From: Candidatus Marinacidobacterales bacterium
GTDB lineage: Bacteria > Acidobacteriota > Vicinamibacteria > Marinacidobacterales > SMYC01
Length of the DNA stretch: 64,000 nt
Direction of reading: 5' to 3'
Assembly: GCA_965224085.1 (NCBI GenBank)
Contig: CBDCYI010000011.1
Coordinates: 288,001-352,000 of the forward strand
The position numbers were made by a program, and so were the translations under genes. Shown one piece after another: positions 51,518 through 62,126 of this stretch. A model generated the notes under the pieces. That model saw only the letters and a program-made list of their open reading frames with translations. It was not told the DNA's origin and searched no databases. The first letter of the stretch is position 1. Each line of letters begins with the position of its first letter.

Positions 51518-51765
51518 TTACTCGCTGTAAAACAAAGATCGGAGATCCGCCTCCGGGATGAATCTCGCCGCCTGACGATAGATAGCCTGAATTGTGCCGA
51601 GATCGAGCTCTTTGCGCAACGCAACGGTGAGCGTTTGCGTCTCGCCCCCATCGATCTCTCGTCGTAGTTTGCATGACTGCCGCGTGTCGCGACGACTTCG
51701 AATCTGAAGTGCTTCAGAATGCCGAGGACGTCCCTAGCCGAGAGCCGTCTGAGTCGAGGTGTCAT
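51518..51765 (-). pseudogene. hicA: HicA-family toxin (frameshift near 51668)
   Basis: L...S..DV..IL..F.F..V..RGSH, then TLTV..KELD.GT..AI.RQ in another frame. Confidence 0.78.
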
Positions 51766-52294
51766 TCCTAGGCTGCCTAGTGCCGAGCTGGCTCTCGTAG
51801 GTGATGACGAGACGCGGAGAGGGCGTCAAGCCGAGCGCGCGCAAGTCCTCGCCGTCGAGGTGCAGCTCCAAAGCCTCGCGTAAGTTTGCCACGACTTCAT
51901 CAAGGGTTGTGCCCTGGGTCACGACTGCTACCTCCAGGCATTCGGCGACGTAGAGGCGTTCCCCGCGTGAGACCGTCGCGTGCACCGAGTCTCGAATGGG
52001 CGCCGTTCCGCAGGTCGGGCGACTCTCCGCGACGCGGGATGGCTTCGCGCTTTTGACGCGCCGGTGGGCGGGCAGAATCTCATACACACCGCGCCGCACG
52101 CGATGGAAGTAGTCCCACTTGTGCGGGTGGTTTTTCGGCGCATTGACGCAGCAGCGACTCACGATGTGGGTCCGGACCGAGCTCGCGTTCAGGTCCGGTA
52201 GGGCTCGAACAACCTCTTCAGGTGTGAAGGTCCAGCCGCGCCGCTCCCCGCAAAGACGCCGGGCCGCTCGGAGAACCTCGTCGTGGATAGCCAT
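51734..52294 (-). CDS. HicB-like antitoxin fused to an N-terminal winged-helix-like domain
   Basis: YVAEC....VVTQG.TLDE...NLREALELHL; N-terminal FT..EV..S.RTHI.SR.C.NAP.NH. Confidence 0.78.
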   Translation of the reverse strand: MAIHDEVLRAARRLCGERRGWTFTPEEVVRALPDLNASSVRTHIVSRCCVNAPKNHPHKWDYFHRVRRGVYEILPAHRRVKSAKPSRVAESRPTCGTAPIRDSVHATVSRGERLYVAECLEVAVVTQGTTLDEVVANLREALELHLDGEDLRALGLTPSPRLVITYESQLGTRQPRNDTSTQTALG

Positions 52295-52334
52295 AGAGTT
52301 AGTGTAAAGTTGTAACTCTATATTCTCAAGTTGA

Positions 52335-52988
52335 TTATTCTTGCCACCCGTGTACGATGATCTCGCCGAAATCTTCGAGCTTGGCTTTGTAGAGTGGATG
52401 CTCCGAGCTTTGTATCTCGTCGAGCGGTCCGACGAGGACGGCCACGAGGTCTTCGGGGCGGTAGTACTTCCGGGCGGCGGCTAGAACCTCTGCTTTCGTC
52501 ACCGTGCGGATGCGCTCGACATAACCCTGGCTCCAATCGTGGCCGCCTTCGAAGAAGAGCTCTTCGGCGAAGCTGAGCGCGGTCGCGTGGGCGCCCGCGT
52601 AGCGCATCTGGAAGTAGCCTTGGGTGAGGGCGCCTTTGGCGATCTCGATGTCGCCATCTGCGACGTCTTCGCGGATCTTGCGCCACTCGTCGTCGATGAT
52701 CTTCAGTAGAAAGGCGATGGATTCCGGGCGGCCCAAGGTGACCGCGTAAGTGAGCGCCGGTGCGCGGAAGCCCACGGGCACGTAGCACGAGATGTCGTTC
52801 GAGAGGCCGCGCTTGCCTCGGCTTTCGACGAAGAACCGCGCGTCGAAATGGCCCTCTGCGCGCGCGGGAGCGAGCTCGGGATGGACTCGCTTCCAGATGG
52901 CGCCGTTGCCTCCGAGGATGTAGTTCGCGACTTCGAGCGCCGCGTGCTCGTCCTCGCGGCCTTGACGGCCGAGATGTCCGACGAGCAT
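52335..52988 (-). pseudogene. M16 peptidase (inactive-domain-like) C-terminal fragment
   Basis: ALEVANYILGG, I..VT..EV..AARKY. Confidence 0.65.
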
Positions 52989-52994
52989 CCATCC

Positions 52995-53260
52995 CTGGAG
53001 TTGGTCGACTTCCCAAACGTGAATCTTGCGCGGCGTGGCTCTCGGGGGACTGGTCGGGCTCGGCCTCGCCTACGGGGGCATTCGTCTTCTCGTCGCCATA
53101 GGGCCGGCGAGTGTGCCGCGGCTCTACGAGGTGGGTATCGACGCGACCGTGCTTCTGTTCACTGTGGGGATCTCTCTTCTCGCTGGGGTCTTCTTCGGTC
53201 TCATTCCCGTCCTCAAATATGCGAGACCGAACGTAGTGACGGCGCTCAAGGAAGCGGACG
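52995..53260 (+). pseudogene. ADOP ABC permease internal fragment
   Basis: GG.VGLGLAY.GIRLL..GP...PRL.EV.ID..VL.FT..FGL.P. Confidence 0.8.
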
Positions 53261-53339
53261 TGCGTCGAGCGACGGCAGAGAGCGGCATCGGGCGCGTGGG
53301 ACAAACCCGAGCTCACCCGCTCCGAGTGGGCCAAAGTCG

Positions 53340-53870
53340 AGCAGCACACATTCTTGACCGACAGGATTCTCAGGACCTCACCGGCCCTGGACAGCTATGC
53401 CAAGCTGGCTTCGTCGCACCACGAGCGCGCCGATGGTTCCGGTTATCACCGTCAGGTGGAAAAACCCGATCTTCAGTGCGCGATCGTGGCGGCCGCCGAC
53501 TGCTACCACGCGATGCTCGAGGACCGACCCCACCGGCCCGCGCTCGGACCGGAGAAGGCTGCCGAGGAGCTTCTCGCCATGGCCGAGTCCGGCCGGCTCA
53601 ACCGAATGGCGGTCAGAGCCCTGCTGGATGCGGTGAGCGGCCGGCCGGAGAGCCAGCAGCAAGAGCCTGCCGGCGGATCTCACCAAGCGGGAGGCCGAGG
53701 TCATTTGCCTGATGGCCCAAGGCCTGTCCAACAAGGAGATCGGGGGCAAGCTGTTCATCTCCGCCAAGACGGTGGAGCACCAAGTCGGCCATATCTACGA
53801 CAAGATCGGCACCCGCACCCGGCCCGGGGCGGCCATGTTTGCGGTCGAGCACGGTCTCTGCACCAAGTAG
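53340..53870 (+). pseudogene. HD-GYP + LuxR-HTH regulator, C-terminal fragment with frameshift
   Basis: HHERADGSGY, AADCYHAM.E.RPHRPA, LT.RE.EV..L.A.GLSNKEI...L.IS.KTV. Confidence 0.85.
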
Positions 53871-53876
53871 GCGGGC

Positions 53877-53922
53877 ATCGGGGAACTCCCCCATTTTTGC
53901 CAGTATAGGGGAGCTCCCCGAT
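53877..53922 (+). promoter_or_regulatory. Two palindromic boxes, putative LuxR-type operators
   Basis: ATCGGGGAACTCCCCCAT (53877-53894) and ATAGGGGAGCTCCCCGAT (53905-53922). Confidence 0.65.
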
Positions 53923-53991
53923 GTGGCCGATCGGGTTCTTCTGTAGCCTGGGCTCACCACGAAAACAAACCCAAGGCATGAGGAGGCCACA

Positions 53992-54396
53992 ATGCATACC
54001 GTCACAGTTCTAACCCACCTTTCCGCATCCACCGACGAGGCCTGGTCCAAGTTAGGTGACCCCGGCACCATCAGTTCCTGGCATCCGGCGATCGCCAAGA
54101 GCTCGCTGGAAGGAAAAGACCGCAAGTGCACCCTGGTCAACGGGGCCCAGATCGACGAGGAGATAGACAATATCGACGATGCCAATCGCTCCTACAGCTA
54201 CCGGATCGTCGAAAGCCCCCTGCCGCTCGAGGACTACCGCTCCACGATCAAGGTCGTGGAAGCCGATGGCGGCTGCTCCGTGGAGTGGACCTCGAGCTTC
54301 GACGTGTCCAGCGGGCCGGCCGAGGACACGGTCGCGATGATCAAGGACGTTTACGCCGCCGGTCTGGGCGCGCTGCGCGAGAACTTCAAGAGCTAG
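53992..54396 (+). CDS. SRPBCC-family protein
   Basis: AGGAGG SD; W..L.D...I..WHP.I, YSY.I..SPLP...Y.ST, Y.AGL..L. Confidence 0.88.
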   Translation: MHTVTVLTHLSASTDEAWSKLGDPGTISSWHPAIAKSSLEGKDRKCTLVNGAQIDEEIDNIDDANRSYSYRIVESPLPLEDYRSTIKVVEADGGCSVEWTSSFDVSSGPAEDTVAMIKDVYAAGLGALRENFKS

Positions 54397-54415
54397 GGCG
54401 AGTCCGCTCACGGAG

Positions 54416-54453
54416 AAAGGGGCCGGCACCGGCAGGTGCGGGCCCCTTTGTTG
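54416..54453 (+). terminator. Rho-independent terminator
   Basis: AAAGGGGCC.GCACC / GGTGC.GGCCCCTTT hairpin followed by a T-rich tail. Confidence 0.7.
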
Positions 54454-54702
54454 TGGTGCGCAGACGAGCCCGTACGCGAACGAAGCGTTTCGATGTCCGT
54501 CTTGCGTGGCGTCCTGAAGTGGAGGGTCTTGTCGTCGAAAGGATTGACACCTTTGTCCAGGCTGGGCGATCCATTGGCTGCGCTCCTCCATCATTTCTTC
54601 CGGCCAGCCTCCGACCTCGACGGCCGTTCGGAAGTCCTCAGCTGCGCCCGCATAGTCTCCGAGCATTCCACGCGCGACGCCTCGGCTGTCCGTGAAACCC
54701 GG

Positions 54703-54731
54703 TTGACTTCATAAAATGATCGTTTTAATTT
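54703..54731 (+). promoter_or_regulatory. Sigma70 promoter with TetR operator (probably leaderless)
   Basis: TTGACT-17-TAATTT; palindrome TAAAATGATCGTTTTA in the spacer. Confidence 0.7.
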
Positions 54732-54737
54732 AACGGT

Positions 54738-55316
54738 GTGGTTCGCAGCAAGGAATATGATCGCGATGACGTCTTGGACAAGGCCGTCGGTTTGTTTTGG
54801 CAGCAAGGCTACAAAGCCAGTTCTGTGACGGATATCGTCCATGCGACCGGGCTGAATACCGCGAGCATGTATAAGGAATTCGGCGACAAAGATGGAGTGT
54901 TCGAGGCCGCGCTCGCACACTATCGCGAGCATGTTATGGGCCCACGGTTCCAGATGCTAACCACCGAACCGAACATCAAGGGGGTCGCGGCGTTTCTCGA
55001 AAGCGTCGTCAAGGGCTCGGCGTCGGAGGAATACAAGGGCTGTCTCATGATGAACCACCTCGCCCAGAAACATTCCATAAGCCCGCGGGCCGCCAAGCAA
55101 ATCGGCGATTTTTGCGCGACGATGGAAGGCCTGTTGGAAGCCGCCCTCCAAAACGCGCAGGCAAAAGGAGAAATCCCAGCCGACAAGGATCCGGCGGCAA
55201 CGGCAAGTTTTATCATGTGTTGCGTTCACGGTTTGGTTTTGTACGGGCGGCATCCGGACAAAAGAAACGATATCCCCAATCTTCGCGACGTTATTTTGCG
55301 GGCCCTGCAGGCGTAG
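54738..55316 (+). CDS. TetR/AcrR-family regulator (NemR/ComR-like)
   Basis: A..LFW.QGY..S..DI...TG....S.Y..FG.K, GCL..N. Confidence 0.92.
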   Translation: MVRSKEYDRDDVLDKAVGLFWQQGYKASSVTDIVHATGLNTASMYKEFGDKDGVFEAALAHYREHVMGPRFQMLTTEPNIKGVAAFLESVVKGSASEEYKGCLMMNHLAQKHSISPRAAKQIGDFCATMEGLLEAALQNAQAKGEIPADKDPAATASFIMCCVHGLVLYGRHPDKRNDIPNLRDVILRALQA

Positions 55317-55359
55317 CCGTCGGCCATTGTGAATGACACCTGATGAGATCATTTTAAAA

Positions 55360-55388
55360 TAGACTTTTTAAAACAATCATTTTAGTAT
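55360..55388 (+). promoter_or_regulatory. Second promoter/operator copy upstream of the SnoaL-like gene
   Basis: TAGACT-17-TAGTAT; TAAAACAATCATTTTA. Confidence 0.7.
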
Positions 55389-55475
55389 AACGGTGTGCCG
55401 GACGACTGGAATGAAATACTCGATGCGTGCGCACCCATGCGTCCGTAGGCACCTCAAAATAGGGAGACGAAGGCT

Positions 55476-55868
55476 ATGTCAATTTCTGAAACTGCCATGA
55501 CTTTTTTCGATGACCTAGAAACTGGTAAGGGCTGGGAAGTGTGCAAAGAGTGGTGCCACGAAGATGCAGCCTTTTCGTGCCAGGCGGATGCAATTGCCGG
55601 AATCACCACGGTTGAAGGCTATGTCGAATGGGTAAAGGGGTTGTTCACGCCGGTTCCGGACATGCACCCTGAGATCAAAGCGTTCGCGACCGATCAAGAG
55701 CGGAATTCCGTTACCGCCTTTGCGATTGTCCACGGAACCCAAACCGGCGAGGGCGGGCCGGTTCCCCCGACCGGCAACACCGTAGCCGCCGATTATGTCT
55801 ATGTCATGGAATTTGACGGAGACAAGATTCGCCACATGACGAAAATCTGGAACGATGGGCATAAGTGA
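55476..55868 (+). CDS. SnoaL-like ester cyclase / NTF2 family (C-terminus possibly clipped)
   Basis: FF...ETGKGW..C, GT.TG.GGP.PPTG, YVYVM.F.GDKI.HMTKIWND. Confidence 0.82.
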   Translation: MSISETAMTFFDDLETGKGWEVCKEWCHEDAAFSCQADAIAGITTVEGYVEWVKGLFTPVPDMHPEIKAFATDQERNSVTAFAIVHGTQTGEGGPVPPTGNTVAADYVYVMEFDGDKIRHMTKIWNDGHK

Positions 55869-55899
55869 GGCCGTTGGTTGTACTGCTTGTTAGGAACGC

Positions 55900-56490
55900 G
55901 CCTTGGAGAGCAACATCCATTACCCCACAGATAGCTCACTGCTTGCCGATGGCATCCGGGTGCTCACCCGTAGTCTGAAGTGTATTGCAAAGGCTTGTGC
56001 TCAAGGTGCGCTCAAGGTGGTGGACCACAGCCGATCAACGAAAAACAGGCAGCTTGAGATCGACCGCGCCAGCAAGTCGTTCACCGAATCGAGCCAAGTC
56101 AAGTTCAAGCAAAGTTATCGCAAGCTCATGGGCACGGCGCGCAGCGTGGTCCGGCAAGCCGACGAGGTTATTCAGTCGCTCAAGAGCGGAAAGCTTCCGG
56201 TCGTGGGTTCGCTGGTGAGCATCATAAGCAATCAGAGCCAACTCGAACATTATCTGCCACTGTGCAAAAAGGTGTTAGCTCAGACAAAGGCCCGTGTTTT
56301 AGGGGGCCATCGTCACCATCCGGACAAGATCGTCAGCCTGTTCGAGGAGCATACGGCCGTGATCCGAAAAGGCAAAACATGGAAGCCGACCGAGTTTGGA
56401 CGACTCGTGCGAATTGATGAGGTGGAGAACGGCATTGTTAGCCACTACGAAGTTGCCGCAGGCAATCCGGCGGACCAAACTCAGTGGAAT
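55900..56490 (+). pseudogene. ISNCY-family transposase internal fragment
   Basis: ESNIHYPTDSSLL.D, KIVSLFE.HT..IRKGK..KPTEFG. Confidence 0.85.
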
Positions 56491-56529
56491 GCCCGCGCTG
56501 GAGCAACACAAAAAACAGAGAGCTTGCAG

Positions 56530-57054
56530 GATTGTCTGGAGGGGACGGCTACGGCAAACGATACCTGCTAGGCCCCCTCTACATGTTGCTGGGTGACGTG
56601 GATGGCGCGCTGGCGTCGTTCGACTGGTACGAGAAGGCGTCCCCCGATGATGATGTTGGGAGATCCCTACCAATACCTGACTTGGGCGTTGGGGTTGTAT
56701 AAAGGCGAACAAAAGCAAGAGGCGTTCAACAAGCTGTACTCTACGATGCTCGAGAACCTCTATCTCGTGCCGCTTGTTCTACGGCAGACTCCTCAACCAC
56801 TTGATATCTGGCACGGCAGCAACCTGGCGGAGATGGAGTACGCGATGTCCATACCCGAAGAGTTGCTCGATCTTTGGGATGATGAAGCCCGTCAGTGGGC
56901 GCAAGAAGTCTCGGAGCATCCTGACGTCGATGAGAGGATAGCGCGCTGGGTCGAGATTCACCGCGAGCTCAATGCGGAGCCGGCCGGGCCGAAGCGCACT
57001 GCGCTGGTGGACGAATCGTACGCCTTACGGAACCACAAACTTCGGTATTGCTGA
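56530..57054 (+). pseudogene. Hypothetical protein fragment with frameshift
   Basis: DG.GKRYLLGPLYML..ALA.F.WY, continuing DPYQYL.WAL.LY in another frame. Confidence 0.5.
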
Positions 57055-57310
57055 TGCGGCCGTGGCTGGTCAGTGGCCTAGCCGGTCGGGCCGGAGACGT
57101 CACGCGTCCGGGTGGGTACCGGCCCGGCCGCTGGGTTTAGCCCGCGTCTACGAATGTGTCGAATGTTCGCTCTCTGCACTCCACAATGTTCGTGCGAACA
57201 GCACCGCTCCACGCTCGGGACGAATGAGACGGCGAGAGCGCTCTTTCTTCCGACCAAAGAGAGCCCCCGAAGCCTTCATGGAATATACTCGAGCTCTTGA
57301 GGAGGTTGCT

Positions 57311-58870
57311 ATGTGGCGAAGCATGGCTCTGAGTTGGGGATTACTCGTCGTAACCGGCGGTGTCGCTTCGGCCCAGCCGGGCTCGGAGTTCAGCACCGGC
57401 GCGCGCTATTCCAAGTTGGTGATCCGTGACGCCATGGTGGTGAACGGGCGGGGGACGCCCATTGAAGGCCCGATGGACATCGTCATCGAGAGCAACACCA
57501 TTGTCGATATGATCCCGGTGGACCCCGTCTCTCTGGCCCGCTACGGTGCCGAATGGGAGCGCCCCGGCGGCGAGCGTGTGATCGATGCCAAGGGGATGTA
57601 CGTGATACCGGGGCTCGTCGATATGCATGCCCATATTCCCGGCGACGGAGGACGGGCCGGTGACCGGGGATTCGCCTACGCTTACAGCCTGTGGCTGGCG
57701 CACGGGGTGACCACGCTGCGCGATGCGGGAGACGGCGCCGGCATCGAGAAACTCCGAGCGCATCGCCTTTTGAGCGAGGAGAGCACCGCCGCGATCCCGA
57801 GGCTGCTCCTCTACGAGCGCTGGCCCAACGTCTCCCGGCAGGGAGAAAAGGGGCACACAGCCGAGGAAGCCCGGGCCCTCGTCGGGAAGTTCAAGGAGCA
57901 AGGCGCGGACGGCATCAAAGTCAGCAAGGGCCCCGGTCATTTTCCCGACGTCATCGCCGCCATCGGCGACGAAGTCGAGAAGCTCGGCATGAACGGCATC
58001 GCGGTGGACCTCAAAGTGAGCGAGACGGATGCTCTCATCGCCTCGAACGCCGGCGTCAGCACGATCGAGCACTGGTACGGTGTGCCGGATGCCGCACTCT
58101 CCGGCACGCAACGGTTTCCCGCTGGCTACAACTACTGGAACGAGGAGGATCGCTTTCGCTGGGCCGGCCATCTCTGGAAAGAGGCCAACCAGAATCCGGA
58201 CGCCATCCGATCTGTGCTCGAACAAATGATCAAAAACGGCACCGTCTGGGATCCGACTATGGTCGTCTACGAGGCAAACCTCGATCTGGGACGTACTCGG
58301 AACTTCGCCTGGCACGAGCGCTACACCCACCCGACGCTCTATGACTACTGGAGCCCCAATCCGAGCAACCACGGCTCTTATCACGCCCGCTGGAGCACGG
58401 CGGACGAGATCGCCTGGAAGGAGAACTTTCAAATCTGGATGAGCTACGTGAAGGAGTTCTTCGACGCCGGCGGGACATTGACGGTGGGCTCGGACGCCGG
58501 ATCGCTCTATGCCCTCTACGGCTTTTCAACCATTCGCGAGCTCGAGCTGTTCCAACAGGCGGGCATCCACCCCATCGACATCATACAGATCGCAACCTGG
58601 AACGCCACGAAGACGCTGGGCCTCGACACGCTTGCCGGCATCCGGATCGGACAAACGGCGGATCTCGCGGTGATCGACGGGAATCCCCTTCAAGACTTCA
58701 AAGTGATGTACGGCACCGGTATCGAGATAATCGGGGACGATGGGAAGGTTTCGCGCCATGGGGGCGTGCGCTGGACGATCAAAAACGGCGTCGTCTTCGA
58801 CGCGAAGGAGCTCCTAAGCGAAGTAGAGGACTATGTAGGCAAGGCCAAGGCGATGGCCGTCACGAATTAG
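57311..58870 (+). CDS. Secreted amidohydrolase-family protein
   Basis: GGAGG SD, signal peptide, IPGLVDMHAH, GVTT.RD, GSDAG, G..ADL..IDGNP. Confidence 0.9.
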   Translation: MWRSMALSWGLLVVTGGVASAQPGSEFSTGARYSKLVIRDAMVVNGRGTPIEGPMDIVIESNTIVDMIPVDPVSLARYGAEWERPGGERVIDAKGMYVIPGLVDMHAHIPGDGGRAGDRGFAYAYSLWLAHGVTTLRDAGDGAGIEKLRAHRLLSEESTAAIPRLLLYERWPNVSRQGEKGHTAEEARALVGKFKEQGADGIKVSKGPGHFPDVIAAIGDEVEKLGMNGIAVDLKVSETDALIASNAGVSTIEHWYGVPDAALSGTQRFPAGYNYWNEEDRFRWAGHLWKEANQNPDAIRSVLEQMIKNGTVWDPTMVVYEANLDLGRTRNFAWHERYTHPTLYDYWSPNPSNHGSYHARWSTADEIAWKENFQIWMSYVKEFFDAGGTLTVGSDAGSLYALYGFSTIRELELFQQAGIHPIDIIQIATWNATKTLGLDTLAGIRIGQTADLAVIDGNPLQDFKVMYGTGIEIIGDDGKVSRHGGVRWTIKNGVVFDAKELLSEVEDYVGKAKAMAVTN

Positions 58871-58987
58871 CGATCTGAAAGCTCGGCCTTGGACGCAAGC
58901 TCGGGAGCGGACTCTTTGAAGGCTTGCCAGTTCACGGTCACGATCGATGCCTCCGCTGGCTGGAACGCCCACGATAGTCGCACCCGC

Positions 58988-59260
58988 TCAGTTCGGGACG
59001 AAGTCGATTCTCTGTATATCACTCTCGCTGAGCACGTAGATCCTGCCGTCGGGGCCTACGACGGCGTCCACGATGGGTCCGAAGCCGGTAAGAAACCTCT
59101 GGTCCTCCGTCAGAAGCGTATCTGCGTCCGCCGACAAGACGAGGCGGCGTAGCGTGCCTGTATTGAAATCACCGTAGAACACGCTTCCTCGGAAGTCAGC
59201 GGGATATGCGGTGACGTCGTAGAACGTGACGCCGGTCGGCGCGACGACCGAGGCGTGGCA
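58988..59260 (-). pseudogene. PQQ-dependent sugar dehydrogenase (GSDH) C-terminal fragment
   Basis: VAPTGVTFY, FYGDFN.G...R, D...GPDG.IYV. Confidence 0.7.
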
Positions 59261-59639
59261 TCGGAGGGGCGGCTTTTGGACGGGAGGCGCGCCTTCGCAA
59301 GCGATATCGCCACGCTCGCCACATTCGAAGAAATGATAGGAACTTTCAAAGCCCTCCCGGGACGTTCCATTGCGTTTTCTCCAGCTTGACCGACGTGGTC
59401 CAGCTTGACCGACGTGGCGTCACGTCATTCAGTATCGGTGACATTAGCAAAGGGCATATAGACCTCATCCGTCAAAGGCGAATAGCTCATTCTTGTAAAC
59501 GTGCCTTGTTCGGGCGCATAGATCCAGATGTCGTTGTCGCCGTTGCCACGGAGGATATCACCCAAAAGGGAAGTGGTGATCTCCTTGTGTACGTCCAGTC
59601 CTACGTATCGTCTCTATACTCTTCCACGACGGTACGGCA

Positions 59640-59894
59640 TCTATCAAGCACATGGAGACGCTCGAGCGGCAGCTACTCGTCCTTCACGGAACCGCGGACG
59701 TCAACGTGGCGTTTCGCGAATCGCTGAATTTGATCGACGCTCTCCTGAAACAAGGAAAGGCCTTCGACTTCGAAGTCTATCCGGGAGAGCTTCATTTCTT
59801 CCGACGCGAGCACATCCTTCGCGACGCCTGGAGGCGCGCCGAGAAGCTCTTTGACGCGCATTTGAAAGAGGGCGAGTGGTTGGCGAGTCGATAA
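59640..59894 (+). pseudogene. S9 peptidase C-terminal fragment
   Basis: LL.LHGTAD.NV, YPGE.HFF. Confidence 0.8.
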
Positions 59895-60050
59895 GCATTT
59901 GGTTCCTACAATGATGAGACGGTTGGCCTCGTCTCTTCCTTGTCTTTCATGCCACTACAGCATCAAGGCGGAGGGCGCCCGGGTTACTCGCGTACCCTCT
60001 TTCTGTTCAGGGCGCCGTATGCCCTTTTCGATATCACCGAGGGTCAGATA

Positions 60051-60605
60051 ATGCGAATCTTGTCTTTAATGTCGCTCTGCTCTGTAGCGATTCTGGGCTG
60101 CGCGAGTGAGCGCGCTCCTTCGACTTCCCGGGGATCGCTCAGCATCGAGCAGCTGATCGAGATCCGGCATCCGTCCCGGCCGACCTGGTCGCCCGACGGA
60201 TCTCGTCTTGCCTTCATCTGGGATGCTGCCAGCGTGCAGAATATCTACGTCGTCGACACCGGCACGGCCGCTGCGCCGATAGCCCTCACCTCCTATTCAG
60301 CGGGCATCATCGATGATGCTCCGCGCGGAGCCTCGCCTCTTTTCTGGGATTCTGACAAGTCGGTGGCCGTCGCTCGCTCCGGGGCTTTGTGGCGCGTTCC
60401 TGCCGACGGCTCCGGGGAGCCAGAAGCGGTATGGGAGGGTGACACCGCCGCCGCCACGGAAGCCCTGTCGCTCGGATTAGTAGGAAGCGGTTTCGCCCCG
60501 TCGCCGGACGGCGGTCGAATGGCATTCGTGGTCGCGGGTGACATCTGGGTGCACGACCTCACGAGCGGCCAAAATACTCGGCTAACCGAAACGCCCGCCC
60601 GGTAG
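60051..60605 (+). pseudogene. S9 peptidase N-terminal (propeller) fragment, lipoprotein
   Basis: ILGC lipobox, LSIEQL..I.HPS.P.WSPDG; ends at a junction. Confidence 0.75.
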
Positions 60606-62075
60606 CTGCCCGGATGCCATCCGAGATAGTTCTGGTCGGAACCCGACCCGTGTATCCAAACGATAGCCGGATGCTTCTGCGTTCGATCCAGCGTCTCGGG
60701 AACCATCAACGTCGCCGGCACCTGTGCCCGGTCATGGCGGCTCGGAAAGTACACCGGAACGGGTGTGGTCAGATCGGCTCTGTTCAGCCCGGCGGGCATC
60801 GAGTCGCTGAGCCGGACCGACTCGGCGTGGGCTCGGGCTGGCGCGGCGTAGAGATCCAGGGAGTTTTCGGGATCCGTGCGGTGGTAGAGGATATTCCGTC
60901 CGTCCGGAGCAAATGCCGGGCTGAAGTTGACACCGCGATCGGAAATGATGGTTTCGCTCTTACCGGTCGCCACGTCGACGATATCGATGAACCGCTCCAT
61001 CTGATTCCCATCAACGCTGTGGTGGTACGCGATCCGGCTGCTGTCCGGCGACCATTCCGGTAGGCCCGCCCCGTAGTTGCCCGACGTCAGTTGCTCGGCC
61101 TGCGCTTCGGACGTGGCGTCGACGGGCAAGACATAGATGTGAATCCATCCCGAACGATCGCTGACAAACGCGACGGCCTTGCCATCCGGGGAAACGACGG
61201 TGCGGGCATCGCGGCGGGTCGGAGACCACCACCGATCGTCGTGATCCTTCCAGAGCCTGCGCGGCGCACGGCCCATCGTGGCGACTTTGATTTCACGGGT
61301 CTTCCCATCGGGAGAGCGTTCCTCATAGAGGACCGAACCATCACCGGTGAACTGCACCGAGCTGACGTTTCCCGTCGTCGGAATCCAGGCGATATCGCCA
61401 CCATAAATAGAGACGACTCCCAGCCTGCGCTCGCCTCTCGGGTTCGATGTCCGGAACGAACGGATCAGGTCGCCGTTGAACGGCAACGGGAAGGATCGCG
61501 GGAGCGAGGTGCTGCGGCGAGCGATGAACGCGATCCACCGGCCATCGCGCGAGAAGACGGCATTTCCTGCGGCCATACCCTCTGGCATTACGGTGATCTG
61601 GCGCCGGGTCTTCGCTTCGAGCGATGCGAACCAAATGTCCCCCTGCCGGATGAATGCGACCTGCGTTTTGTCGGGTGACAGGGTGAAGCTCGCCGCGTCC
61701 GCCAGGTCGGGATAGCGCATCGGGCTCGGCGAAGAGGGCGACACCGTCCATAGTTGACCGTCCTTTGAAAATAGGATTTCGGTCGCGGACACCCAAGCTA
61801 GCGAATCGATGTCAGAGACGAGCAAATCAGGATCTACTGAGAAGTCCGTCAGCGCCACGGGTCTCTGACCCGGTGTGACGACAAACAAGTCCTGCTTTCC
61901 CCAGGAATCCCAAAGAAAAGCAATCCTCTTCCCGTCGGGCGACCAGACCGGCCTCGATGGGTACTTGATTTGGGAGATGCGCTCAATCGTAATGCTTCCT
62001 CGGGGCGCTCGCGCGGCCGCGCTCAGCGCGAAGCAGGTCACGATCACGGAACTGCCGATCAATTTTTTTATAATC
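60595..62075 (-). pseudogene. S9-family peptidase truncated before the catalytic Ser
   Basis: Several SPDG propeller blades, HPAIVWIHGSG, then a junction with the opposing fragment. Confidence 0.8.
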
Positions 62076-62126
62076 GGGTTACCCTCTGCAAACAGCGGCA
62101 CGTTATCAGCGAACGAATCGCCGAGA

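Noticed and set aside
60293-60600. C-terminal part of the 630-aa minus-strand ORF
   Set aside because: It is antisense read-through of the opposing S9 fragment after a junction
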